Shown in pieces: positions 20,436 to 30,499 of a DNA stretch of 64,000 nucleotides. Source of the stretch: an uncultured bacterium (GTDB lineage: Bacteria; Patescibacteriota; Minisyncoccia; Phycocordibacterales; CAIZLB01); NCBI GenBank assembly GCA_903936565.1, contig CAIZVZ010000005.1, positions 38,315-102,314 of the forward strand. Reading direction: 5' to 3'. Both the position numbers and the translations under genes were made by a program. The notes under the pieces were generated by a model. The model was not told where the DNA came from. It saw only the letters and a list, made by a program, of their open reading frames with translations, and ran no database searches. Position 1 is the stretch's first letter; each line of letters opens with the position of its first letter.

Positions 20436-21167
20436 TTATTTAATTTGAAATGAAGCCTTAACTGTAACCATTACATCCTTGTCAATAGTTGAGGTATCAT
20501 AAGATCCATAATCAGAGACATCATTAGAACCAGAGGTCATAACCTGAACAACACCAGCTCCTGCTGATTTGATTTTTCCGACCGAACTTCCTGCTAATTT
20601 TACAATTGCATCAGCTCTTGCCTTGGCATCCTTAAGAGCTTCTGGCAGTAAACTAACCTTAATTTCCTGCAAACCAGAGAAATAGTATTCAGGATTCTGT
20701 GGAGAGACAACAACACCTGCGAAAACCAAATCCTTAATATTTTTAGACATAACATCTACCAACTTAACATCATTCGATGAAATACTGATTGTTTGGTTTA
20801 AATTATACTTCTTAACGGATGAACTTGGGTTGCTTTCATAAACTTCATTCATGAGAACAGGAGTTATTTTCAAATCTGCCTCATTAAAACCGTTTTTAAC
20901 AAAGAAAGCCTTAACGATTTTCAAATCCTCGTCCATTCTAGAATACCCATCTTTCACTGTATCAAGCGTCACAGGCCTCATAAAATTAACTGACCACTTA
21001 GCCTGATCTGCAACGACACTTTTCCTTGCTGAACCCGTTACCGAAACTGAATCATCCATCGCCTTTATGCTGTAAAAAGCGTAGGCACCAATAATAGCCG
21101 ACAAAAGTATTGCAACACCAATTACAAAACTTGATTTAAACATTTGAGAATTATTTTCTTTATTCAT
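20436..21167 (-). CDS. SIMPL (DUF541) domain protein
   Basis: VSVTGSARKSVVAD, ALKDAKARA, GSYDTSTIDKDVMVTV. Confidence 0.85.
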   Translation of the reverse strand: MNKENNSQMFKSSFVIGVAILLSAIIGAYAFYSIKAMDDSVSVTGSARKSVVADQAKWSVNFMRPVTLDTVKDGYSRMDEDLKIVKAFFVKNGFNEADLKITPVLMNEVYESNPSSSVKKYNLNQTISISSNDVKLVDVMSKNIKDLVFAGVVVSPQNPEYYFSGLQEIKVSLLPEALKDAKARADAIVKLAGSSVGKIKSAGAGVVQVMTSGSNDVSDYGSYDTSTIDKDVMVTVKASFQIK

Positions 21168-21214
21168 ACCTAAAGTCTATACCACAAAGCCCTACAATAC
21201 AATGACGTGTGGCA

Positions 21215-22015
21215 TTATAACCCAGAAGTAGAGAGTAGGACCAAAAATATGATACCCACAATTATTCTGTAATAAGCAAACCCTATGAAGTTGTGCTTCT
21301 GAATATAACTTATAAATCCCTTAATGGCGATAATGGCGACGATAAAAGCGGTAATGAACCCTGTTGCCAATAGGCCAATTTCATTATTACTGATTTCCCC
21401 CACCCCCTTATATAGATCCAAGACGGAAGCCGCCAACATCGTTGGTATTGCAAGTAAAAATGAGAACTCCACAATATCCACCCTAGAGACTCCGGATATT
21501 TGTCCTCCAATAATTGTTGCGGCAGACCTAGAAACTCCGGGTATCATGGCAATCGCCTGATAAAAACCAATCTTAACAGCCTGTATATATCCAATTCGCA
21601 GATCCACCCCTCCATCCCCCTGAATACTCAGTTTTGACTGACGTTTTGCATTATGCTTCTCGAACCAAATAATCAAAATACCTCCAACAATTAATGAAAT
21701 GGATACGACCCAAGAGCTGCCTAGTAAATATCTTTTAACCACATCATGAAGCGCCAAGCCAAGAATGGCTGTAGGAATAAATGCAACAATCACTTTTATT
21801 ATAGTATCTTTAGAAGTCAAAAGCCTCCTAAAGTACAAAACCACAACTGACAATATAGCACCTAACTGAATGAATATTTCAAAGGTCTTCAGAAAGTCAG
21901 TTTCTTGTATTCCAAGTAGTTTAGAGACCAATATCATATGCCCCGTGGAAGATATCGGCAGGAATTCCGTAATACCCTCAACCACACCTAAAATTATTGC
22001 ATGGAATATATTCAT
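21215..22015 (-). CDS. uppP: Undecaprenyl-diphosphate phosphatase
   Basis: EGITEFLPISSTGH; PGVSRSAATI. Confidence 0.97.
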   Translation of the reverse strand: MNIFHAIILGVVEGITEFLPISSTGHMILVSKLLGIQETDFLKTFEIFIQLGAILSVVVLYFRRLLTSKDTIIKVIVAFIPTAILGLALHDVVKRYLLGSSWVVSISLIVGGILIIWFEKHNAKRQSKLSIQGDGGVDLRIGYIQAVKIGFYQAIAMIPGVSRSAATIIGGQISGVSRVDIVEFSFLLAIPTMLAASVLDLYKGVGEISNNEIGLLATGFITAFIVAIIAIKGFISYIQKHNFIGFAYYRIIVGIIFLVLLSTSGL

Positions 22016-22065
22016 AAAAGCATTGTATCACTCAGTGAGCAATTCTTCAAAATTACCTAATTAAA

Positions 22066-22638
22066 TTAATCTATATTCAACTCCTTCTTCCTGAAGAAGT
22101 TTTCAAATATAAAGACAGAAAGGGATGAAATTAATAAGCCGAGTATAATACCTACAACTACATCACTTAGATAATGGACAGATAAATACACCCTACTGAA
22201 TGAAATAGCGAGAGCAGAGATAGAAAGAATTATAATGAACAATAATCTCAGAAAGACATTTTTTATGTGGTCCTTGTATGCAAATATTAACAACGAACAA
22301 AAAAGTGTCGCGACAGTTGCGTGACCACTTGGAAATGAGTACCCGCCAACCTGAATGAGGGCCGCAACTGGTCGTGGTTTAGCAATCAATATTTTCAAAA
22401 CATATACCGATAAATAACCCACTCCCAATGTTACAATGAATTGAATTAAATAGTATGGCTTTTTGTATAACCAGAAAATCATGACAGCAGCAATGGCCAA
22501 CAACAAAAAAGAGTATGGGCTTCCAATGTTACTTACAAACAACGCCACCTTAACACCAAACGGTGTTACAAATGAAGACATTGCGCCGATGACATCTAAG
22601 TCAATCTTATTTGCAAACAAGAGTATGTGGGAATTCAT
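22066..22638 (-). CDS. PAP2 family membrane phosphatase
   Basis: KxxxxxxRP, SFPSGH, SRVYLSVHYLSD. Confidence 0.92.
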   Translation of the reverse strand: MNSHILLFANKIDLDVIGAMSSFVTPFGVKVALFVSNIGSPYSFLLLAIAAVMIFWLYKKPYYLIQFIVTLGVGYLSVYVLKILIAKPRPVAALIQVGGYSFPSGHATVATLFCSLLIFAYKDHIKNVFLRLLFIIILSISALAISFSRVYLSVHYLSDVVVGIILGLLISSLSVFIFENFFRKKELNID

Positions 22639-22641
22639 ATA

Positions 22642-23013
22642 TTAAATTAAGTGTCTAAATATAATTATCGCACCCACAACCACAGCAGATAACGAAGCAA
22701 TTAGAACCGACCCTGCCATTGTGTCCTTAATTATTCCAACAACAGGGTGGTGATTTGGTTCTAATTTATCCCAGGTATATTCAATAGCACTGTTTACCAT
22801 CTCAGCCACAAAAACTATCGACATAACAATAATTAAAATTGCAAATTCAATTGAACTAAAATTCAAGTAATATGCAAAAAACAAAACAACAACAGCAATC
22901 GTAATATGTAATCTGAAATTTCTCTCATTCCTAAAGACGTGTTGAATACCCTTTATTGCACAGCCGAATGAATCGAAAAAAGGATTTACTTTTTTGTTAG
23001 CAAAATTTGTCAT
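22642..23013 (-). CDS. dgkA: DgkA family diacylglycerol/undecaprenol kinase
   Basis: ERNFRLH, EMVNSAIE, IKDTMAGSV. Confidence 0.9.
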   Translation of the reverse strand: MTNFANKKVNPFFDSFGCAIKGIQHVFRNERNFRLHITIAVVVLFFAYYLNFSSIEFAILIIVMSIVFVAEMVNSAIEYTWDKLEPNHHPVVGIIKDTMAGSVLIASLSAVVVGAIIIFRHLI

Positions 23014-23043
23014 ATTTATAGTATACTACCTAAATAAAAGAAG

Positions 23044-24246
23044 ATGATTTTAGATATCCCCAAATTAAGTAAAATTAAGAACAATACAATAAAATTAGGC
23101 CTTTTAATAGTCCTGATATTAACAACTGTTCAAACAACCCCTTATTTTGCACCGCCGTCCATTGCGTTTATTAAACGCGCAGATGCAATAACAACCCCAT
23201 ATTCCCCATCCATAGACATATTAAACGCGAGTAGCACCGAAAAACATACACCACTCAACAACAGTTCGTCATCGATTATACAAATTAACGCAGTAAAAGT
23301 TTGGCAAGAGAACGGTGATTTTTCTCGAACATTAAAGAAGGGGTCTCGCGGTAATGACGTAATAGTTCTACAAATTATCCTAAAATCACTGACCAATGAC
23401 AAGACCAGGAATTCAGCCAATGGATATTTTGGACCAAACACCTATAACAATTTAAGAACAGTACAAGCCAAGCTAAATTTGCCAATAACAGGTGAGCTGG
23501 ATTCTGATACAAGATTGGCAATTAATAATTTAATGTTTAAAGAACTTTGCCCAACCGCAATTAGAGTTATTGGTCAGGACAACATGGTGGAAAGTGATTT
23601 TGATAAGGTTTTTGAAAACCTAAACAGATCCAAATCAATCCCCCTTGATTACATCCCCCAGGATTTGGTTCGAGTTCCAAATTCAATTAAGACGGTTGGA
23701 GTAATGTGCGTATCAGATAGAATAATGCGACATTTAAATGAAATGATTGGTGACGCAAAAAAACAAAAACTAGATATAGCAGTCACGTCATCTTACAGAA
23801 GCGCCGATATGCAGAAGTTTCTATACTCAATGTGGATTAACAAGAGAGGTAATGCAGCCAAGGCAGGAATTGCAGAAGCGGGACACTCCGAGCATCAACT
23901 TGGAACAACAATAGATGTTTCCGGTAAAAGTATCGGCTTTGCTGGTGTAAGCCCAAGTTTTGCAAATAGCAAAGAAGGAAAATGGATGGCACAGAATAGT
24001 TACAAGTACGGTTTCATAATGAGTTATCCAGATAAAAAACAAAAAGAGACCGGATACATATACGAGCCGTGGCATTTTAGATACATCGGGGTAGATAACG
24101 CCAATGACATCTTCACAGAGAAGTTAACCATTCAAGACTTCTTGAATTTTTCAAACGCAACAACATCCAACACTACATCAACAAGTAACACAACAGAGGA
24201 TGTAGACCCGAAAACCCCAACATCAACACCCTCTCTAAGTTTTTAA
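23044..24246 (+). CDS. M15B D-Ala-D-Ala carboxypeptidase with peptidoglycan-binding domain
   Basis: PG-binding LKKGSRGNDVIVLQ...GYFGPNT; SSYRS, SEHQLG, YEPWHFRY. Confidence 0.9.
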   Translation: MILDIPKLSKIKNNTIKLGLLIVLILTTVQTTPYFAPPSIAFIKRADAITTPYSPSIDILNASSTEKHTPLNNSSSSIIQINAVKVWQENGDFSRTLKKGSRGNDVIVLQIILKSLTNDKTRNSANGYFGPNTYNNLRTVQAKLNLPITGELDSDTRLAINNLMFKELCPTAIRVIGQDNMVESDFDKVFENLNRSKSIPLDYIPQDLVRVPNSIKTVGVMCVSDRIMRHLNEMIGDAKKQKLDIAVTSSYRSADMQKFLYSMWINKRGNAAKAGIAEAGHSEHQLGTTIDVSGKSIGFAGVSPSFANSKEGKWMAQNSYKYGFIMSYPDKKQKETGYIYEPWHFRYIGVDNANDIFTEKLTIQDFLNFSNATTSNTTSTSNTTEDVDPKTPTSTPSLSF

Positions 24247-24323
24247 ATAAAACAGTTTTCGGAAAGATCACCCTTCGACTTGGCTTTAATTTATATATTA
24301 TAGTTTTTCACTATTTTAATAAA

Positions 24324-25037
24324 CTATCTAACCAAATCATAACCACTATCACTCCGCTTAAAAAAGAAGGCAGTTATCGTATTACGAGTCCAAGTCCACA
24401 AAAGTCTGGGCCACCCAACCTTATGCGGCCTTCTTCCTGTATGATAAATATTTAAACCAACCGGCAACCTAGTCCTACCAATCTTAGTTAGTCGCCAGAA
24501 CAAATCCATGTCCTCGCTGATAGCTAGGCGCTCATCAAAACCACCAACCTTATTAAAAGCCTCACGCTTAATCATTTGAAATTCTCCCCCTGCAGCTCCA
24601 AAACCAATAAAATTTAGAAACGAAAAATAAAGCGCCAACGATTGAAAGATGATATTGTCGAACATCCTTGCTGTTTCTTTGTACACCAAACACCCAGCAG
24701 TGACAGCAACCAACTTAGGGTCTTCTTTATAATATACTTCAATTTTTTTTATAAAATTATCTATATCTGGAACAGTAACATCGGCATCAACAAAAACAAT
24801 GTATTCACCTCTCGCCTCTTTTGCCCCAGCATTTCTTCCTTTTGCGATATTCTGCCTCGTCAAACCATCGTGAACTATAATTTTGTCAGCATATTTCCTT
24901 ACCACTTCGACAGTTCTATCTGTACTTTTTCCATCAGAAATTATAATTTCCTTTTCCCCTGAATATGCGGAAATCGATTTAAGCGTTTTTTCTATTGTCT
25001 TCTCCTCGTTTAATGTTGGTATTATGAATGAAAGCAT
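24324..25037 (-). CDS. Glycosyltransferase family 2
   Basis: SFIIPTLNEE, DGKSTD, FVDAD, GGFDE...ED. Confidence 0.92.
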   Translation of the reverse strand: MLSFIIPTLNEEKTIEKTLKSISAYSGEKEIIISDGKSTDRTVEVVRKYADKIIVHDGLTRQNIAKGRNAGAKEARGEYIVFVDADVTVPDIDNFIKKIEVYYKEDPKLVAVTAGCLVYKETARMFDNIIFQSLALYFSFLNFIGFGAAGGEFQMIKREAFNKVGGFDERLAISEDMDLFWRLTKIGRTRLPVGLNIYHTGRRPHKVGWPRLLWTWTRNTITAFFFKRSDSGYDLVR

Positions 25038-25065
25038 GGTTGTGTTTTTATTTAGTTGATTAATA

Positions 25066-25671
25066 TTATAATTCCCTACTCTTCTTGCTAATGTAGCGAG
25101 AGAAGAAATAGAACGAAGAGAGAACTAGTACTGCCACAGTTATCAAAAATCCAATCTTGAAATTATCTGAGATGTTTAAATACACCTGACCAAAGAAGTA
25201 TCCGACTGAAAGTAGGACGGCCACCAAGAAGAATTCCCCTATTATATTAATAATCATATACTTTTTAAAAGGAACCTTTGCCATCCCCGCCGCCGCCAAA
25301 ATACCAACAGCAAAACCCAACCCCAGTGTAAGTTTAGAAAATATCAATATCTTCTCATGATACTTGGAAAATAATTCGTTTATTTTTTCAAATCTTTCTG
25401 GGGTAATCCCAACAAACTTACCTTTTTTACTTAAAATTGGATGTGCAAAATATCTACCAGCAACATACCAAATAACATCCCCCACCAAATCACCTATGAG
25501 AATCGCAATAAACAAAGGGACTATTGCAAAAAAACCAGTTCTATACAAAAAACCTGAGGCAATCATAAGGATTGGACCTTCGAATATTGTACCAATAGCA
25601 ATAAGTGGATATCTGTAATAAGAAGCAAATCCTAAAATATTGTTTAAAAGTATAACCGGATCGATCATCAC
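25066..25671 (-). CDS. DedA family membrane protein
   Basis: EGPILMIASGFL, GDLVGDVIWYVAGR, AAGMAKVPFKKY. Confidence 0.85.
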   Translation of the reverse strand: MMIDPVILLNNILGFASYYRYPLIAIGTIFEGPILMIASGFLYRTGFFAIVPLFIAILIGDLVGDVIWYVAGRYFAHPILSKKGKFVGITPERFEKINELFSKYHEKILIFSKLTLGLGFAVGILAAAGMAKVPFKKYMIINIIGEFFLVAVLLSVGYFFGQVYLNISDNFKIGFLITVAVLVLSSFYFFSRYISKKSREL

Positions 25672-25680
25672 ATTATTGTA

Positions 25681-25938
25681 CTATATTTTTTTAAAAGAAC
25701 CATTGATTAAATCTAACTTTTTGGCTTTTGTATATCTTTTAAGTTCTGCTTCCCTACCTCGAGCTTCCAAAAGGGTTTGAAAATTCTCTGAGTATTTCAA
25801 AGATACTGGGCGTCTAATCTTTGTATAATGAGCGCCAGATTTTAGGTTATTGTGTTGGTTGAGTCTTTTTTCAAGGTCATTGGTACAGCCAACATAGAGT
25901 GTTTTATCAGAGCATTCGAGGACATAGACGGTGAACAT
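25681..25938 (-). CDS. Small GIY-YIG nuclease (UPF0213/YhbQ-like)
   Basis: VYVLECSDKTLYVGCTNDLEKRLNQHN...GAHYTK. Confidence 0.9.
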   Translation of the reverse strand: MFTVYVLECSDKTLYVGCTNDLEKRLNQHNNLKSGAHYTKIRRPVSLKYSENFQTLLEARGREAELKRYTKAKKLDLINGSFKKI

Positions 25939-25949
25939 TTTCTTTTTTA

Positions 25950-26733
25950 TTATTTAACACCATTAATGAAATCGGTGATCGTAGAATAGGTTTCTTTATA
26001 AGTGAACAGATCATTATGGCCACCACCTTTAATTGTTACCAATTTATTTTTATGGTCTATAGATTCAAATAATTTTAAACCCAACTTATATGGAATAACC
26101 GCATCATTATTGCCGTGAATAATTAATATGCCCCCCCCCCTTAAAGTCCTGTAGGGCTTTAACATTATCAAAAGCATTGTTCACCATCCACGATGTTGGG
26201 TAAAACCAGAATGTATTAGAAGCAATATCTGCCAGGCTTGTAAATGGGGATAAAAGAATCAATTTTTCAGGAGGCTTTTGTGATACATGATGAGAAGCTA
26301 CACCCGTACCAATACTTTCACCTACCACAACAACATCGGTGATTTTATTGTCATCAAGATAAGAAATTACGTTACGTACATCCTTCTTAATTAACTCATG
26401 AGATGGTTTAACTTTATCATTACTATAACCAGCATATTCTACGATTATATAACCGTAATTTGATTGGGTAAAAATATCAGCATAGAGTGATCGGTCGCAG
26501 GCCGACCCAGCATTACCGTGATATAAAACAAACACAGGTTTTGTTGTATCTTTTACATACATTCTAGTTCCATTAACTTCCACTTTTTTTACATCTTTGA
26601 AAGCGGGGCAATTTACAAAGCTTTGATTATCTGGATGGTAGACAACTTTTTCTTGAAAGACTGTTATTACAACACCGAACAATACGTAAAACACAACCAA
26701 AATCCCGATAACTATTTTATTGATCTTTTTCAC
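25950..26733 (-). pseudogene. Alpha/beta hydrolase frameshifted at a G10 tract (phase-variable, pseudogene or sequencing error)
   Basis: HGNAG and GESIG in ORF 26107-26733; IIHGNNDAVIP and GGGHN in ORF 25950-26177; frames switch at C10 (26131-26140, + strand). Confidence 0.8.
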
Positions 26734-26788
26734 AATATAATTATATCAGAAGCGTAAAAATCTAACATATAATTTAATTGCTAATTAT

Positions 26789-26863
26789 TGGGGTGCCTAG
26801 AGAGAATCGGACTCTCGATACCGGTTCCACAAACCGGAGTTTTACCACTAAACTATAGGCACC
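26789..26863 (-). tRNA. tRNA-His(GTG)
   Basis: Cloverleaf; anticodon loop TTGTGGA; G-1 and encoded CCA. Confidence 0.93.
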
Positions 26864-27005
26864 ATGTGTTGGCGTTATTGAGTATTTATAATACCCGCTG
26901 ACGCTCACTATATATATCACAAATATTGTCTTTTGACGAGTTTTTGCCCCACCTCAACCCTATCACCCTACCAAACCTTGCAAACCATAAAATCCAATCA
27001 GACGA

Positions 27006-28271
27006 CTACTTAGCCACCGAATTCAAATAATCCACATACTCCTTAAATGTCACACATTTTACCTTAGGCTTTCCACAAACATCCTCCGCAAACGATTTCA
27101 TAACCTCCCAATAAACACCATCGTTCCAAGTAGAAAAATGGTGTCCAATCACAACCGGCGCATGATTTCCTTCGTAATTCTTATTGAAATAGCCCAAATA
27201 TGCATCCTTCATTTCCCCAAAGAAGCTGTTCCAAAGGGGTGTTCCCTTCTTAGCGGTATTCCTAACGTTTGACTGCATCATCCAAAAGTTATAGTCCATA
27301 GAAAGGACGTAGCTACTTTTATTGGAAGCGTCTGGGTTATTTAGTTTTGAATGCAAATCTGGAGCCTTAATTATACCAAGTCCAATATGCCAAATTCCAT
27401 TTTTATCTTTAGTTGGATACTTGGTTGGCATCCTCATTCCACTTGTGTCATATAGATATTTCTTTTCGGATAGGACTTTATATAAATTACTATTTACGCC
27501 AAGTTCTGGTGCCCTAAATCCAACAAACTCAGATATATTAAAGTTCCATGGTGGAATAACCACATTAGGATTATTCTTTTGTACATTCATGATTATAGAA
27601 TCAAAAGAATTAGACTCTTGAAGCCACTCATCGTGACTCCATTTTGATCCATTGTAGTGACCGACATTATGAGATCCAATCTCATTTCCCTCACTGTATG
27701 CCAAATTTATTTGCTCAACTCGATTTTTAACGTCCTGCTCACTATCAGCGTATCCAATCAAAGAGGCTCCCATTTGGGCTCTTGGCGGCCGGTAGACATT
27801 CTTTGCTGTACTCTTGGTAATTAGATAAATTGGATTAATAAAATATGTAAAATGAACCGGCTTACCTTTTGCTGTCATATCTTTTGCAAACTGACGAGTT
27901 TCATTCCACATAGACAAAGACCTTGAACCGTCAAAAGAAAGAATGACATATTGAATGTCAGAATATGGAGCTACTGTCGATGAAGTTGAAGATATCGCTA
28001 GTGACTCTAGTGTTCCAGTAGCGTGTCGACTAATCTTCTCAACGGTTTTTACAATTTCTGCATCCCCCTCAGATACAGAGTCGGCGTCTCCATTTAGATA
28101 CCCCCTACTCTCCACAGAATCAGAAACGCCCGCCCAGCTAATTAGTAAATTACCACTCTTATATATTAAAAAAGATAAAGCCAAAACAAATATAATCACC
28201 CCAATCAGGGTTTTAAATACTATTATAATTTTTGAATATTTATTTTTTGTCTTTTCTATATCTGGCGGCAT
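27006..28271 (-). CDS. Membrane-anchored polysaccharide deacetylase-like protein
   Basis: N-terminal TM; LSFDG, EIGSHNVGH, GFRAPEL, YDTS, IGHHF. Confidence 0.8.
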   Translation of the reverse strand: MPPDIEKTKNKYSKIIIVFKTLIGVIIFVLALSFLIYKSGNLLISWAGVSDSVESRGYLNGDADSVSEGDAEIVKTVEKISRHATGTLESLAISSTSSTVAPYSDIQYVILSFDGSRSLSMWNETRQFAKDMTAKGKPVHFTYFINPIYLITKSTAKNVYRPPRAQMGASLIGYADSEQDVKNRVEQINLAYSEGNEIGSHNVGHYNGSKWSHDEWLQESNSFDSIIMNVQKNNPNVVIPPWNFNISEFVGFRAPELGVNSNLYKVLSEKKYLYDTSGMRMPTKYPTKDKNGIWHIGLGIIKAPDLHSKLNNPDASNKSSYVLSMDYNFWMMQSNVRNTAKKGTPLWNSFFGEMKDAYLGYFNKNYEGNHAPVVIGHHFSTWNDGVYWEVMKSFAEDVCGKPKVKCVTFKEYVDYLNSVAK

Positions 28272-28386
28272 TTTATTTTATTTTTATTTTATTTTATAAT
28301 ATCACTCTTTAGATGATTGCGCTGAATCAAACAACAAGCGAGACCAACAGAGATTCTGTTGAATAGTATGATAAATCACCATCGTA

Positions 28387-28953
28387 CTATTTGTAAGTAG
28401 GGGCATCCTCTGATAAACCATTGAAGTGATTAGCCAACCTTGCCATTACATATAGAAGTGAGGACAATCTATTTAAATACGCGAGTGTCCATTTTCCTAT
28501 AGCTCGACTTTCATCACCCTCATCTACGATAGCAATCACCCTTCTCTCTGCCCTCCTAGCCATTGTCCTTGAAATATCGCAAAGAACCGCCATTTCTGTT
28601 CCACCTGAAATAAAGAAGTTCTTTATGGGTGGTAATATCTTTTCTCCCTCATTAGCATAATTTTCACATTCTCTTAATTTTTCTTCTGCAATTGTCATGT
28701 CAGAACCAGCTACTTCCGCTTGAATTATAAAAAGATTTTGCTGTATGTTGTTAGCTATTTTATCAAAACCGTCTCCAAGTATTTCCATCTTAACAGATCC
28801 ACCCACCGTCTTGACCTTAATCAACCCCAAGAATGAATTGATCTCATCGAGCGCACCTAACGCCTCGGTAACATTCGAGCTCTTAGAAATCCTCTGATTG
28901 CAACCAAAAGTCTTTGTTGTACCATCGTCTCCTTTTCCTGTATATAATGTCAT
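28387..28953 (-). CDS. PduO-type ATP:cob(I)alamin adenosyltransferase
   Basis: YTGKGDDGTT, GALDEINSFLG, RRAERR, YLNRLSSLLY. Confidence 0.9.
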   Translation of the reverse strand: MTLYTGKGDDGTTKTFGCNQRISKSSNVTEALGALDEINSFLGLIKVKTVGGSVKMEILGDGFDKIANNIQQNLFIIQAEVAGSDMTIAEEKLRECENYANEGEKILPPIKNFFISGGTEMAVLCDISRTMARRAERRVIAIVDEGDESRAIGKWTLAYLNRLSSLLYVMARLANHFNGLSEDAPTYK

Positions 28954-29009
28954 GTTTTAGCTAAATTATTGGGGCTGTTAATAAATTGTGATAATGATAT
29001 CATACCAAC

Positions 29010-30323
29010 ATGATTAAGAAAGAACAAAACAAAATCCCCAAAATAGCCTTTGACCCATATGACTATAAGAAGCAGACATACAAGGGTGTGAACATCTACA
29101 CCAGACCACTTCCTTGGGCAAACTGTACATTTTTTAAATGGGTCATAAACCACGGCGCACAAGATGACAAGGTTGGAGCGGACGGTACAGCACACTTTTT
29201 GGAGCACATTGTCTTTGATGGTAATGACTTACATGAAGACAAAAAATCTATCGATCTTTTCTCAAAAGAGCATCTACTGGACTCATTGAATGCCCACACT
29301 CGTTTCACCGACACGTGTTATGTCTGTAAATTCCTACCACAAAAAGTCGCCCCCGCCCTAGAAGGGATGTATCATATTATTTTTAAGCCACTAATGCGTG
29401 AAGCCGACATTGAACACGAGAGAAAAGTTATTACCCAGGAGGGCTGGGGTTATTTGTTAAACGAAAAATACATAGCCTATCTTAAAAAGTGGAGTAAAAA
29501 TCTATATAGCGATATTCCAGAAAAAAGCAGAATGTTTTCCCCCTTAGGCTGGATTGAAACAGTAGCAACAATTAGCAAAAAAGATCTAATTTCAGCTCAT
29601 AAAAATTACACTAAAGAAAATTCAACCATAATATTAGCGGGGGTTGTTAATGATTCAATTATTAAGGAGGTTAAAAAGATTATTGACCTAGTTCCAAGTG
29701 GTAAAAAAATACCACCGTTTAAAATTCCTTCAAAAATTAGCATTCCGAAAGAAAAGCGATGGGTTAAAACTTATACTGAAATCGGGCGAACTGAGAATAA
29801 ACAAGCTCTGCTTGAAATAGACAGGCTATTAGAATTAACAAAAACTGATGAATACACTCTTGGCCTAATAGAAACGGTTTTACGAGAAATATTATACAGA
29901 AGACTTAGACACGACAACAGCTGGTGTTATGGAGTTGGAGTTAATTTTTTCAAAAATCCAAAACACATTTCTCAAAACATTTGGGTTAAGGTGGCCCCAG
30001 AAAATCTCAAAGATGCAGAAAATATAATTTGGGACACAATCGATAGATTTATCAAAGGCGAATACAAAGAAGATTGCGAACGAGAAAGGAAAATTGTCAT
30101 AGACAGAACCCTCGCTAGCGAGTTCCTCAGTGGAGACATAGCAGAATCTGCAGAGAGACAAATCGCATCCGGAAAGGAGATCCGAACAATAAATGAATAT
30201 TTAGAGGGCGTAGTAAAAGCCGATTATGACAAAGGAGCAAAACACCTATCATTGTATTTTAAAAAAGAGGATGTCTTTACTGAGATAAATATCTCTGAGG
30301 AGTTCAAGGGGAAGGTTAAATAG
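29010..30323 (+). CDS. M16 family zinc peptidase
   Basis: GTAHFLEH inverted zincin motif, NAHT, ERKVITQE. Confidence 0.88.
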   Translation: MIKKEQNKIPKIAFDPYDYKKQTYKGVNIYTRPLPWANCTFFKWVINHGAQDDKVGADGTAHFLEHIVFDGNDLHEDKKSIDLFSKEHLLDSLNAHTRFTDTCYVCKFLPQKVAPALEGMYHIIFKPLMREADIEHERKVITQEGWGYLLNEKYIAYLKKWSKNLYSDIPEKSRMFSPLGWIETVATISKKDLISAHKNYTKENSTIILAGVVNDSIIKEVKKIIDLVPSGKKIPPFKIPSKISIPKEKRWVKTYTEIGRTENKQALLEIDRLLELTKTDEYTLGLIETVLREILYRRLRHDNSWCYGVGVNFFKNPKHISQNIWVKVAPENLKDAENIIWDTIDRFIKGEYKEDCERERKIVIDRTLASEFLSGDIAESAERQIASGKEIRTINEYLEGVVKADYDKGAKHLSLYFKKEDVFTEINISEEFKGKVK

Positions 30324-30330
30324 AATCTAG

Positions 30331-30414
30331 TGCGCGAGAGAGGACTTGAACCTCCACACCCTTACGGGCACATCCACCTCAAGGATGCTTGTCTACCAGT
30401 TTCAACACTCGCGC
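30331..30414 (-). tRNA. tRNA-Leu(GAG)
   Basis: Cloverleaf with long variable arm; anticodon loop TTGAGGT. Confidence 0.93.
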
Positions 30415-30442
30415 ATGGCTATATTATGCATAAAACCCAATA

Positions 30443-30476
30443 ACAAAACAAGACCACCTAGGTGGTCTTGTTTTGT
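30443..30476 (-). terminator. Intrinsic terminator after rplS
   Basis: acaaaacaagaccacc / ggtggtcttgttttgt inverted repeat. Confidence 0.8.
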
Positions 30477-30499
30477 ATAGTGAATGATTTTTATTTAAA

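Noticed and set aside
25681-25938. GIY-YIG gene as a homing endonuclease or mobile element
   Set aside because: Small stand-alone YhbQ-like form with no intron or flanking repeats
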